Shown here: piece after piece, positions 1 to 12,665 of the stretch
Position numbering within the stretch: the stretch's first letter is position 1
Layout: each line of letters begins with the position of its first letter
NCBI GenBank assembly: GCA_950097015.1
Contig: CATNEN010000001.1
Coordinates: forward strand, 20,398,001-20,462,000
DNA: 64,000 bases
Direction: 5' to 3'
From: Macrostomum hystrix
Taxonomy: Eukaryota > Animalia > Platyhelminthes
Position numbers and translations under genes: made by a program
Notes under the pieces: model-generated
Seen by the model: the letters and a program-made list of their open reading frames with translations, nothing else
Told to the model about the DNA's origin: nothing
The model's database searches: none

Positions 1-224
1 TTATTGATTGAAGGCAGTATAAGTTAACTTTACTTCAGAAAGCCATGTGGCTAACTGAGCTAACTGATATATTAAGAATTGAAACTCCTCTCTCTCTGAC
101 GCAACACCTACCCCATGCACACCTGCCCCAACACGCACACGGAGAGGGGGAGCGCCAAGTGTACACACAGCAAGCGTACACACAGCAATGGGTCTGTCGC
201 ATGCACTCCAATTCCATCACAGAC

Positions 225-960
225 TGGCGAATTGTGCCTCCTCATCGCTGCCCTCCTCCAGAAAAGAAACATTTTGCTGACACATGATCAGCTGCTTGCT
301 TGGCAGCTTCACCGGACCGAGCTGGCTGGATGTTTGAGTCGATGCCCATCAAGAACCGCCCAAGCAAGTCGTCGTCTCCGTTGAAGATCTCATCAGGCAG
401 AGTCGCGATACCCTCTTGAGCAGTTGCAGTCGCGGTTGCAACCTCCTGAGCACTCCTGGCTCCAGCAACTTGAGCGCCATGTTCAGCTGTGGTCTTATTT
501 TCGTGCCATGGTGTAGTTAATATTTGCAGATGCAGCCCTAGGTGTTCCCATAGTCATCAATACCTTGACTCCGGTGCGATGGTTGAAAGCTTCGGGGAGC
601 TCCATGAGTTGGCAGCTTCTTTTTTTCTTCATCGCTAGCTGCTCCTTGTCTTTGTTTCTTTTAGCAACGCGAATCACCTTCCACCTGTTGCTTTCTTGCT
701 TCTTTTTATCCTTGCTGACAATTCGGTGCCCGTGGTGTTTGCCCGGAATCTGTCCATCACTTACTGCTGGCCACAAACCAGCCAGCATGCAACATTGCAG
801 GACTCATTTTCATGGTGTCTTGGTAATACACCTCCGACCGCGCAGACCTCGCAGCTGAGACCAAGTTCATAAAGGCCTCGATGGCAGCCTCTTCTTCTCG
901 TCTTCTCAGCCAATAGCCTCAGCTTGTCAAATTTACCTTGGATGACCACCTGGGCAAGTG
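225..960 (-). other. Degenerate coding-like sequence (interrupted frames), possibly a transposon or gene relic
   Basis: GC-richer than its flanks. Minus-strand frames read like protein (e.g. REEEAAIEAFMNLVSAARSARSEVYYQDTM, TAQEGIATLPDEIFNGDDDLLGRFLMG) but are broken by stops and frame changes. No family recognised. Confidence 0.25.
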
Positions 961-1689
961 TCAGCAAGTGAGAGATTAATACGCAATGATTCGTTATCAG
1001 CCCAGTCAATATTTTAGCAATAACATTTTCGTTGCAAATTAGCTGAGTATCACTTAGGGATCACTTGAACTTCTAGCAGCCATGGGTCTGATAAGGTCAG
1101 ACGTTGGATTAAGCACCAGCGTACAACAGTTTGAGTATATTGCTCCATTGCACTGAAGATTTCACATATACAGCTACAGCTTGCAGACCGCTTTTGGTGC
1201 CTGTGATTGATGCCTTAGAAATAGGGCAAAACTTATGCGAATCGATTCTTAGAGCGCTTGAGTTGTTCGCTGTGGTGGCTACTCACAGAGCAGTAGTGTA
1301 AAGTAGCTGTGAGTCAATTGTAGATAGAATTATTAAAAGCCAATGAAATTCAGAACAATGGCTCAGTATGCACAACTTCAATTAAACTCTAATTTGCAGT
1401 AGCTCCAGAGCTCCACATGGCAAGATAATTTATGCAAAATAAAATTAATAAGAAGCAGCAGTACATATGGGCATGCGTATTTCTTTACTCATTTTGCATC
1501 CGGACTAGTGGCTATTAGGGCTGTGGCTATAACGGATGCTTAACGCTTTCTGATATCAGAATCCGTATGAATTTGGTTACGGAGATTAACAATAAAATTA
1601 TAGTCGTCACTCATTGTAAGTACATTCCATCGATTATTTGTTAAAATGAGAAAATAATTATTATTATATACTTCCTTTTGGAAATCCTC

Positions 1690-1957
1690 CACAATAATTC
1701 ATGCTTTCCCATCGGTAATTCATGCTCTCCCATCGATAATTCATGCTCTCCCATCGGTAATTCATGCTTTCCCACCGGTAATTCCTGCTTTCCCATCGGT
1801 AATTCATGCTTTCCAAGCAATAATTCATTCTTAGCCCTTGATAATTCATGCTTTTCCATCGGTAATTCATACTTTCCCATCGGTAATTCATACTTTCCCA
1901 TCGGTAATTCATGCTTTCCCATCGGTAATTCATGCTTTCCCATCGGTAATTCATGCT
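1690..1957. repeat. 21-bp minisatellite (ATCGGTAATTCATGCTTTCCC)n
   Basis: About 12 tandem copies read directly. Confidence 0.95.
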
Positions 1958-2530
1958 CGAAGCAATGCTCGAAAAAGCGTTAACATATAAAATGAACATT
2001 GCTAATAGCTATGCTCAAAGTATTTCATTATAATTCTGTATCTAATAACGCTAGCTGCCAGCTATATATGCTAGAAAATTCTTTCCTCAGGTTTTTTATC
2101 GATTTGCTCGTTACACTCTTAGAGAGAGAAGATTAATAAAGCTAACAAATATTTGCTTCGACATTAAGCTTATCAAAAGCGCTTACTATTAACAGTTAAT
2201 TGTACCCAGAAAGCCTAAAAATGAATAAAATTAAAAACGCTACTTACGTTTTTAACTGTTGATAATAGAAGATAAGAAGACAAAGAAGCAGTAGCAGAAC
2301 TGATGCTGACATTTGACCTGCATTCTGCAAAACAAAAGTACTGATAAACTTCGCAGCTAAAATGAAAGGGAAGCGGCACAATGATCGAGGTCGAGAAAAG
2401 GTTTGACAATATATAGGCTGCAGTTTCCAGGGCTAGAGAGGATGAGGAGACATTGAGAAAAGCTCGCTAACATTGAGAAATATAAAAGGCCAATCTGTGT
2501 TTTGTGTTTTACACAAGTTTTCACAGTATG

Positions 2531-3310
2531 GATATATCGAGGGGCTAAGCTTGATATATCGAGGGGCTAAGCTTGATATATCGAGGGGCTAAGCTTGATA
2601 TATCGAGGGGCTAAGCTTGATATATGGAGGGGCTAAGCTTGATATATCGAGGGGCTAAGCTTGATATATCGAGGGGCTAAGCTTGATATATCGAGGGGCT
2701 AAGCTTGATATATCGAGGAGCTAAGCTTGATATATCCAGGGGCTAAGCTTGATATATCGAGGGGCTAAGCTTGATATATCGAGGGGCTAAGCTTGATATA
2801 TCGAGGGGCTAAGCTTGATATATGGAGGGGCTAAGCTTGATATATCGAGGGGCTAAGCTTGATATATCGAGGGGCTAAGCTTGATATATCGAGGGGCTAA
2901 GCTTGATATATCGAGGGGCTAAGCTTGATATATCGAGGGGCTAAGCTTGATATATCGAGGGGCTAAGCTTGATATATCGAGGGGCTAAGCTTGATATATC
3001 GAGGGGCTAAGCTTGATATATCGAGGGGCTAAGCTTGATATATCGAGGGGCTAAGCTTGATATATCGAGGGGCTAAGCTTGATATATCGAGGGGCTAAGC
3101 TTGATATATCGAGGAGCTAAGCTTGATATATCCAGGGGCTAAGCTTGATATATCGAGGGGCTAAGCTTGATATATCGAGGGGCTAAGCTTGATATATCGA
3201 GGAGCTAAGCTTGATATATCGAGGGGCTAAGCTTGATATATCCAGGGGCTAAGCTTGATGTATGGAGGGGCTAAGCTTGATATATGGAGGGGCTAAGCTT
3301 GATATATCGA
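2531..3310. repeat. 22-bp minisatellite (GATATATCGAGGGGCTAAGCTT)n
   Basis: About 35 near-identical tandem copies; the unit contains the palindromes GATATATC and AAGCTT. Confidence 0.97.
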
Positions 3311-4228
3311 GCAGTCAGCATGAATTATCTAGTTATTAGCATATATTTTCGTGGGACGGCATGGCTTTTGAGAAAGCAGCATTTTTTGAGGGGCTAGCAA
3401 AACTTATCGCGCGAAAGCTTGAATAATTGAGGGGTAGTAAAATTTAAGAATGGGGTAGCATGACTCATTGAGAATAATTGACTGGGTTGCTCGGTTGCTT
3501 GATTATTTGCTTAACGTATGCAAGAAAACCTTTCATTTTGGCATTGTTTGGTAACCAGAAATCAACGGCAAGGAATGTAGAATTTTACATGTGTGGGCTG
3601 CCTAGTCCTGTTCAATGCGCAAACTGACTTCAGTGAGCTTTATTCAATTGGACTTAAACTCAATATCTGCTTAAGACACTATTAAGTAGTTTACAGTAGT
3701 GCAAACAATTAAAATATTACAGGATCTGGCCTCTAGTTTTAGCCATAGACAACTTGCTCGGCTATACTGTCCATAATGTGCATGCATCGTCATTTCCTCT
3801 GCTGCTTTTGTGGTTAAAGACAATAGATAATTTTACAAACTATTAGTTACTAGCCTCATTTATAACCCAAGTGTCCTATCAATTTGTGAAGTAATTTAGT
3901 TAGATTTCATAATTCTGAATATTTGTTGGATAATTATGAATCTTGAATAACTCCTATCTAGCCAATGTTTTTTCGGTTTTAGTGTAACTTCGTTATCTCA
4001 AAAATTAATACTTTAATCGGCCCTCTTAACATTTTTATATTTAAACTACTGCAAAATACTTGCGCTTAGTAAATTGTTCATTTAGAAATAAAGAATGACA
4101 CAAAAAACACAAAGAAAATTTTGTTTACTAAATAATATATTTTCAAAAAACAAGAGTAACAATATCCAACAAAGGCGCAATTGTCTCTCGCACTATTTAT
4201 GGTGATCGAGTTTGCAACCTCATACTGA

Positions 4229-5452
4229 TTACTTCCGGTAGCTCTTGCTGTATGAATTTTTAGGTCTCTTGCTGTAAGAGTCCTGAGCGTAGTAGTCGTA
4301 CTTGTAGTCGTACTTGTCGTCATACTTGCCGTACTTGTAGTCGTACTTGACGTCATACTTGCCGTACTTGACGTCATACTTGCCGTACTTGTCATCATAC
4401 TTGCCGTACTTGTCATCATACTTGCCGTACTTGTCATCATACTTGCCGTACTTGTCGTCATACTTGCCGTACTTGTAGTCGTACTTGCCGTACTTGTCAT
4501 CATACTTGCCGTACTTGTCATCATACTTGCCGTACTTGTCATCATACTTGCCGTACTTGTCATCATACTTGCCGTACTTGTAGTCGTACTTGCCGTACTT
4601 GTAGTCGTACGTGCCGTACTTTTCGTCATACTTGCCGTACTTGTCGTCATACTTGCCGTACTTGTCGTCATACTTGCCGTACTTGTAGTCGTACTTGCCG
4701 TACTTGTCATCATACTTGCCGTACTTGTCATCATACTTGCCGTACTTGTCATCATACTTGCCGTACTTGTCATCATACTTGCCGTACTTGTAGTCGTACT
4801 TGCCGTACTTGTCATCATACTTGCCGTACTTGTCATCATACTTGCCGTACTTGTCATCATACTTGCCGTACTTGTAGTCGTACTTGCCGTACTTGTAGTC
4901 GTACGTGCCGTACTTGTCGTCATACTTGCCGTACTTGTCGTCATACTTGCCGTACTTGTCGTCATACTTGCCGTACTTGTCGTCATACTTGCCGTACTTG
5001 TCGTCATACTTGCCGTACTTGTCGTCATACTTGCCGTACTTGTCGTCATACTTGCCGTACTTGTCGTCATACTTGCCGTACTTGTCGTCATACTTGCCGT
5101 ACTTGTCGTCATACTTGCCGTACTTGTCGTCATACTTGCCGTACTTGTCGTCATACTTGCCGTACTTGTCATCATACTTGCCGTACTTGTCATCATACTT
5201 GCCGTACTTGTCGTCATACTTGCCGTACTTGTCGTCATACTTGCCGTACTTGCCGTACTTGTAGTCGTACTTGTCGTCATACTTGCCGTACTTGTCGTGC
5301 TTGCCGTACTTATTGTAGGTATCGTAGGTCTTGTAGCTGCCGTAGGATACCACAGGATAGGACTTGTAGTAGAGCTTCTCGTAGTCCTCGTAGTTGTTGT
5401 AGTCACCAGCCAGAGCCACGGCGGCTAGCGCAAATAACACAATGAGACGCAT
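4229..5452 (-). CDS. Secreted Tyr/Lys/Asp/Gly-rich tandem-repeat protein, (YGKYDDK)n, 407 aa; eggshell/cement-type structural protein candidate
   Basis: Single open frame from ATG to TAA. Signal peptide MRLIVLFALAAVALAG. About 48 heptads with synonymous GAC/GAT variation. Unique Y/K-rich N- and C-terminal tails in the same frame. TATA box about 110 nt upstream. Confidence 0.9.
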   Translation of the reverse strand: MRLIVLFALAAVALAGDYNNYEDYEKLYYKSYPVVSYGSYKTYDTYNKYGKHDKYGKYDDKYDYKYGKYGKYDDKYGKYDDKYGKYDDKYGKYDDKYGKYDDKYGKYDDKYGKYDDKYGKYDDKYGKYDDKYGKYDDKYGKYDDKYGKYDDKYGKYDDKYGKYDDKYGKYDDKYGKYDDKYGTYDYKYGKYDYKYGKYDDKYGKYDDKYGKYDDKYGKYDYKYGKYDDKYGKYDDKYGKYDDKYGKYDDKYGKYDYKYGKYDDKYGKYDDKYGKYDEKYGTYDYKYGKYDYKYGKYDDKYGKYDDKYGKYDDKYGKYDDKYGKYDYKYGKYDDKYGKYDDKYGKYDDKYGKYDDKYGKYDVKYGKYDVKYDYKYGKYDDKYDYKYDYYAQDSYSKRPKNSYSKSYRK

Positions 5453-5558
5453 CCCGTCGGAGTGGTGATCGAAGCAAAGGTCAGATAGTCTAAATGCTTA
5501 GGTGTAGCGATCAATGAGTAGATAATTTAAGCGTGCGAAGTAGTGGATCACGCTTTCG

Positions 5559-5710
5559 CTTATATAGGCTCTCTTAAGTCGACAGCCAATAGACTGTCGA
5601 GAAGGTGTAGAAGTTTATTTTGGAGCGTCCGCTGAGTCAGCGAAGCCAAGACAAGTCCTTGGGGGGAGGAGGGTAGACTTTTGCAGCCAAGCGGTGTGCT
5701 CTGATTGGCT
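5559..5710 (-). promoter_or_regulatory. Pol II core promoter of the YGKYDDK gene (TATA box plus CCAAT boxes)
   Basis: TATATAAG on the minus strand at 5566-5559. CCAAT motifs near 5586 (+) and 5704 (-). Confidence 0.6.
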
Positions 5711-6274
5711 GAGAGCTGTTTGGGCCAGGAGGGTGGGTCAGCTGTGGCCAGCTAAAGCCGCAATTGTTCGCAAATTCACACCTTATGACCGCGGCGCCAC
5801 TTCAAACAACTGTGATATGGCCCCGCGGGGGGTGAGAAGTGTCAAGTCTGGCCGGTTGTAAATCCAGCGATTTCGTCAAATCGCCCGGGTCGGCTGCACT
5901 AAATAGGGCTCAATTACAGAAAATAATAAACCGACCTTCTTATTATGTTATTGTTTATTCTATTCGAGGCCGTCTGATATTGCGTAGTTTAACCTCTACT
6001 AACTTTGTTGATAAAATAAACTGAGTAAAGTAAGCACTCAACATTTCTTATTATAGAGAAAGCTAGGATTTCAATAAAAAGAAAGTTTTTACAATCAGTA
6101 CATTACATTACCGTAGCGAATACACTCTCACCGCCCATTGTCACCATTTTCGCACTCAAAACAAAAACCACAGAAGTTCAGTTCAGACACCGTAGGAAAA
6201 ATATTAAGAGAATTTGTGAAAGAAATGGCTGTGATCTGATACAATGTTTTAAAAGAATTAGGATATTCGATTTG

Positions 6275-9200
6275 AGGATCTGGGAGAAATGGGTTAATCG
6301 ATTAAAGGATCTGGGAGAAATACTGAGATTTGATGTGAGGATCTGGGAGATACTGAGATTTGATTTTATGATCAGGGAGATACTGAGATTTGATGTGAGG
6401 ATCTCTGAGAAATACTGAGATTTGATGTGAGGATCTGGGAGATACTGAGATTTGATGTGAGGATCTGAGAGATACTAAGATTTCATGTGAGGATCTGGGA
6501 GATACTGAGATTTGATGTGAGGATCTCTGAGAAATACTGAGATTTGATGTGAGGATCTGGGAGATACTGAGATTTGATGTGAGGATCTGGGAGATACTGA
6601 GATTTCATGTGAGGATCTCTGAGAAATACTGAGATTTGATGTGAGGATCAGGGAGATACTGAGATTTGATGTGAGGACCTGGGAGATACTGAGATTTGAT
6701 GTGAGGACCTGGGAGATACTGAGATTTGATGTGAGGACCTGGGAGATACTAAGATTTGATGTGCGGATCTGGGAGATACTAAGATTTGATGTGAGGATCT
6801 GGGAGATACTGAGATTTGATGTGAGGATCTGGGAGATACTGAGATTTGATGTGAGGATCTGGAAGATACTGAGATTTGATGTGAGGATCTGGGAGATACT
6901 GAGATTTGATGTGAGGATCTGGGAGATACTGAGATTTGATGTGCGGATCTGGGAGATACTGAGATTTGATGTGAGGATCTGGAAGATAGTGAGATTTGAT
7001 GTGAGGATCTGGGAGATACTGAGATTTGATGTGCGGATCTGGGAGATACTGAGATTTGATGTGAGGATCTGGGAGATACTAAGATTTGATGTGAGGATCT
7101 GGAAGATACTGAGATTTGATGTGAGGATCTGGGAGATACTGAGATTTGATGTGAGGATCTGGGAGATACTGAGATTTGATGTGAGGATCTGGGAGATACT
7201 GAGATTTGATGTGCGGATCTGGGAGATACTGAGATTTGATGTGAGGATCTGGAAGATAGTGAGATTTGATGTGAGGATCTGGGAGATACTGAGATTTGAT
7301 GTGCGGATCTGGGAGATACTGAGATTTGATGTGAGGATCTGGGAGATACTGAGATTTGATGTGAGGACCTGGGAGATACTGAGATTTGATGTGAGGATCT
7401 GGGAGATACTGAGATTTGATGTGAGGATCTGGGAGATACTGAGATTTGATGTGCGGATCTGGGAGATACTGACGATTTGATGTGAGGATCTGGAAGATAG
7501 TGAGATTTGATGTGAGGATCTGGGAGATACTGAGATTTGATGTGCGGATCTGGGAGATACTGAGATTTGATGTGAGGATCTGGGAGATACTAAGATTTGA
7601 TGTGAGGATCTGGAAGATACTGAGATTTGATGTGAGGATCTGGGAGATACTGAGATTTCATGTGAGGATCTGGGAGATACTGAGATTTGATGTGAGGATC
7701 TGGAGATACTGAGATTTGATGTGCGGATCTGGGAGATACTGAGATTTGATGTGAGGATCTGGGAGATACTGAGATTTGATGTGAGGATCTGGGAGATACT
7801 GAGATTTGATGTGCGGATCTGGGAGATACTGAGATTTGATGTGAGGATCTGGGAGATACTGAGATTTGATGTGAGGATCTGGGAGATACTGAGATTTGAT
7901 GTGAGGATCTGGGAGATACTGAGATTTGATGTGAGGATCTGGGAGATACTGAGATTTGATGTGAGCATCTGGGAGATACTGAGATTTGATGTGAGGATCT
8001 GGGAGATACTGAGATTTGATGTGCGGATCTGGGAGATACTGAGATTTGATGTGAGGATCTGAGAGATACTGAGATTTGATGTGAGCATCTGGGAGATACT
8101 GAGATTTGATGTGAGGATCTGGGAGATACTGAGATTTGATGTGAGGATCTGGGAGATACTTAAATTTTATGTGAGGATCTGGGAGAAATACTGTGATTTG
8201 ATGTGAGGATCTGGGAGATACTGAGATTTGATGTGAGGATCTGGGAGATACTGAGATTTGATGTGAGGATCTGGGAGATACTGAGATTTGATGTGAGGAT
8301 CTGGGAGATACTGAGATTTGATGTGAGGATCTGGGAGATACTGAGATTTGATTTTATGATCAGGGAGATACTGAGATTTGATGTGAGGATCTCTGAGAAT
8401 ACTGAGATTTGATGTGAGGATCTGGGAGATACTGAGATTTGATGTGAGGATCTGAGAGATACTAAGATTTCATGTGAGGATCTGGGAGATACTGAGATTT
8501 GATGTGAGGATCTCTGAGAAATACTGAGATTTGATGTGAGGATCTGGGAGATACTGAGATTTGATGTGAGGATCTGGGAGATACTGAGATTTCATGTGAG
8601 GATCTCTGGAGAATACTGAGATTTGATGTGAGGATCGGGAGATACTGAGATTTGATGTGAGGACCTGGGAGATACTGAGATTTGATGTGAGGACCTGGGA
8701 GATACTGAGATTTGATGTGAGGACCTGGGAGATACTAAGATTTGATGTGCGGATCTGGGAGATACTAAGATTTGATGTGAGGATCTGGGAGATACTGAGA
8801 TTTGATGTGAGGATCTGGGAGATACTGAGATTTGATGTGAGGATCTGGAAGATACTGAGATTTGATGTGAGGATCTGGGAGATACTGAGATTTGATGTGA
8901 GGATCTGGGAGATACTGAGATTTGATGTGCGGATCTGGGAGATACTGAGATTTGATGTGAGGATCTGGAAGATAGTGAGATTTGATGTGAGGATCTGGGA
9001 GATACTGAGATTTGATGTGCGGATCTGGGAGATACTGAGATTTGATGTGAGGATCTGGGAGATACTAAGATTTGATGTGAGGATCTGGAGATACTGAGAT
9101 TTTGATGTGAGGATCTGGGAGATACTGAGATTTGATGTGAGGATCTGGGAGATACTGAGATTTGATGTGAGGATCTGGGAGATACTGAGATTTGATGTGC

Positions 9201-12200
9201 GGATCTGGGAGATACTGAGATTTGATGTGAGGATCTGGAAGATAGTGAGATTTGATGTGAGGATCTGGGAGATACTGAGATTTGATGTGCGGATCTGGGA
9301 GATACTGAGATTTGATGTGAGGATCTGGGAGATACTGAGATTTGATGTGAGGATCTGGGAGATACTGAGATTTGATGTGAGGATCTGGAAGATACGTGAG
9401 ATTTGATGTGAGGATCTGGGAGATACTGAGATTTGATGTGAGGATCTGGGAGATACTGAGATTTGATGTGAGGATCTGGGAGAATACTGAGATTTGATGT
9501 GAGGATCTGGAGATACTGAGATTTGATGTGAGGATCTGGGAGATACTGAGATTTGATGTGAGGATCTGGAGATACTGAGATTTGATGTGAGGATCTGGGA
9601 GATACTGAGATTTGATGTGAGGATCTGGGAGATACTGAGATTTGATGTGAGGATCTGGGAGATACTGAGATTTGATGTGAGGATCTGGGAGATACTGAGA
9701 TTTGATGTGAGGATCTGGGAGATACTGAGATTTGATGTGAGGATCTGGGAGATACTGAGATTTGATGTGAGGATCTGGGAGATACTGAGATTTGATGTGA
9801 GGATCTGGGAGATACTGAGATTTGATGTGAGGATCTGGGAGATACTGAGATTTGATGTGAGGATCTGGGAGATACTGAGATTTGATGTGAGGATCTGGAG
9901 ATACTGAGATTTGATGTGAGGATCTGGGAGATACTGAGATTTGATGTGAGGATCTGGGAGATACTGAGATTTGATGTGAGGATCTGGGAGATACTGAGAT
10001 TTGATGTGAGGATCTGGGAGATACTGAGATTTGATGTGAGGATCTGGGAGATACTGAGATTTGATGTGAGGATCTGGGAGATACTGAGATTTGATGTGAG
10101 GATCTGGGAGATACTGAGATTTGATGTGAGGATCTGGGAGATACTGAGATTTGATGTGAGGATCTGGGAGATACTGAGATTTGATGTGAGGATCTGGGAG
10201 ATACTGAGATTTGATGTGAGGATCTGGGAGATACTGAGATTTGATGTGAGGATCTGGGAGATACTGAGATTTGATGTGAGGATCTGGGAGATACTGAGAT
10301 TTGATGTGAGGATCTGGGAGATACTGAGATTTGATGTGAGGATCTGGGAGATACTGAGATTTGATGTGAGGATCTGGAGATACTGAGATTTGATGTGAGG
10401 ATCTGGGAGATACTGAGGATTTGATGTGAGGATCTGGGAGATACTGAGATTGATGTGAGGGATCTGGGAGATACTGAGATTTGATGTGAGGATCTGGGAG
10501 ATACTGAGATTTGATTGTGAGGATCTGGGAAGATACTGAGATTTGATGTGAGGATCTGGGAGATACTGAGATTTGATGTGAGGATCTGGGAGATACTGAG
10601 ATTTGATGTGAGGATTTCTGGGAGATACTGAGATTTGATGTGAGGATCTGGGAGATACTGAGATTTGATGTGAGGATCTGGGAGATACTGAGATTTGATG
10701 TGAGGATCTGGGAGATACTGAAGATTTGATGTGCGGATCTGGGAGATACTGAGATTTGATGTGAGGATCTGGGAGATACTGAGATTTGATGTGAGGATCT
10801 GGGAGATACTGAGATTTGATGTGAGGATCTGGGAGATACTGAGATTTGATGTGAGGATCTGGGAGATACTGAGATTTGATGTGAGGATCTGGGAGATACT
10901 GAGATTTGATGTGAGGATCTGGGAGATACTGAGATTTGATGTGAGGATCTGGGAGATACTGAGATTTGATGTGAGGATCTGGGAGATACTGAGATTTGAT
11001 GTGAGGATCTGGGAGATACTGAGATTTGATGTGAGGATCTCTGAGAAATACTGAGATTTGATGTGAGGATCTGGGAGATACTGAGATTTGATGTGAGGAT
11101 CTGGGAGATACTGAGATTTGATGTGAGGATCTGGGAGATACTGAGATTTGATGTGAGGATCTGGGAGATACTGAGATTTGATGTGAGGATCTGGGAGATA
11201 CTGAGATTTGATGTGAGGATCTGGGAGATACTGAGATTTGATGTGCGGATCTGGGAGATACTGAGATTTGATGTGAGGATCTGGGAGATACTAAGATTTG
11301 ATGTGAGGATCTGGGAGATACTGAGATTTGATGTGAGGATCTGGGAGATACTGAGATTTGATGTGAGGATCTGGGAGATACTGAGATTTGATGTGAGGAT
11401 CTGGGAGATACTAAGATTTGATGTGAGGATCTGGGAGATACTGAGATTTGATGTGAGGATCTGGGAGATACTGAGATTTGATGTGAGGATCTGGGAGATA
11501 CTGAGATTTGATGTGAGGATCTGGGAGATACTGAGATTTGATGTGAGGATCTGGGAGATACTAAGATTTGATGTGAGGATCTGGGAGATACTGAGATTTG
11601 ATGTGCGGATCTGGGAGATACTGAGATTTGATGTGAGGATCTGGGAGATACTGAGATTTGATGTGAGGATCTGGGAGATACTGAGATTTGATGTGAGGAT
11701 CTGGGAGATACTAAGATTTGATGTGAGGATCTGGGAGATACTGAGATTTGATGTGAGGATCTGAGAGATACTGAGATTTGATGTGAGGATCTGGGAGATA
11801 CTGAGATTTGATGTGAGGATCTGGGAGATACTGAGATTTGATGTGAGGATCTGGGAGATACTGAGATTTGATGTGAGGATCTGGGAGATACTGAGATTTG
11901 ATGTGAGGATCTGGGAGATACTAAGATTTGATGTGCGGATCTGGGAGATACTAAGATTTGATGTGAGGATCTGGGAGATACTGAGATTTGATGTGAGGAT
12001 CTGGGAGATACTGAGATTTGATGTGAGGATCTGGGAGATACTGAGATTTGATGTGAGGATCTGGGAGATACTGAGATTTGATGTGAGGATCTGGGAGATA
12101 CTAAGATTTGATGTGCGGATCTGGGAGATACTAAGATTTGATGTGAGGATCTGGGAGATACTGAGATTTGATGTGAGGATCTGGGAGATACTAAGATTTG

Positions 12201-12665
12201 ATGTGCGGATCTGGGAGATACTGAGATTTGATGTGAGGATCTGGGAGATACTGAGATTTGATGTGAGGATCTGGGAGATACTGAGATTTGATGTGAGGAT
12301 CTGGGAGATACTAAGATTTCATGTGAGGATCTGGGAGATACTAAGATTTGATGTGCGGATCTGGGAGATACTGAGATTTGATGTGAGGATCTGGGAGATA
12401 CTGAGATTTGATGTGAGGACCTGGGAGATACTGAGATTTGATGTGAGGATCTGGGAGATACTGAGATTTGATGTGAGGACCTGGGAGATACTGAGATTTG
12501 ATGTGAGGATCTGGGAGATACTAAGATTTCATGTGAGGATCTGGGAGATACTAAGATTTGATGTGCGGATCTGGGAGATACTGAGATTTGATGTGAGGAT
12601 CTGGGAGATACTGAGATTTGATGTGAGGATCTAGGAGATACTGAGATTTGATGTGAGGATCTGGA
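6275..12665. repeat. 6.4-kb 30-bp satellite (GATCTGGGAGATACTGAGATTTGATGTGAG)n
   Basis: More than 200 tandem copies; source of the spurious RIWEILRFDV / QILTSNLSIS ORFs. Confidence 0.98.

Noticed and set aside
4078-5406. 442-aa (TSTASMT)n mucin-like ORF and antisense (LPYLSSY)n ORF
   Set aside because: Alternative frames of the YGKYDDK gene. Only the YGKYDDK frame has a true ATG with signal peptide and synonymous third-position variation.
6475-12634. Long ORFs (RIWEILRFDV)n and (QILTSNLSIS)n
   Set aside because: By-products of a stop-free 30-bp satellite; frames are broken by indels and there are no unique termini or ATG context.
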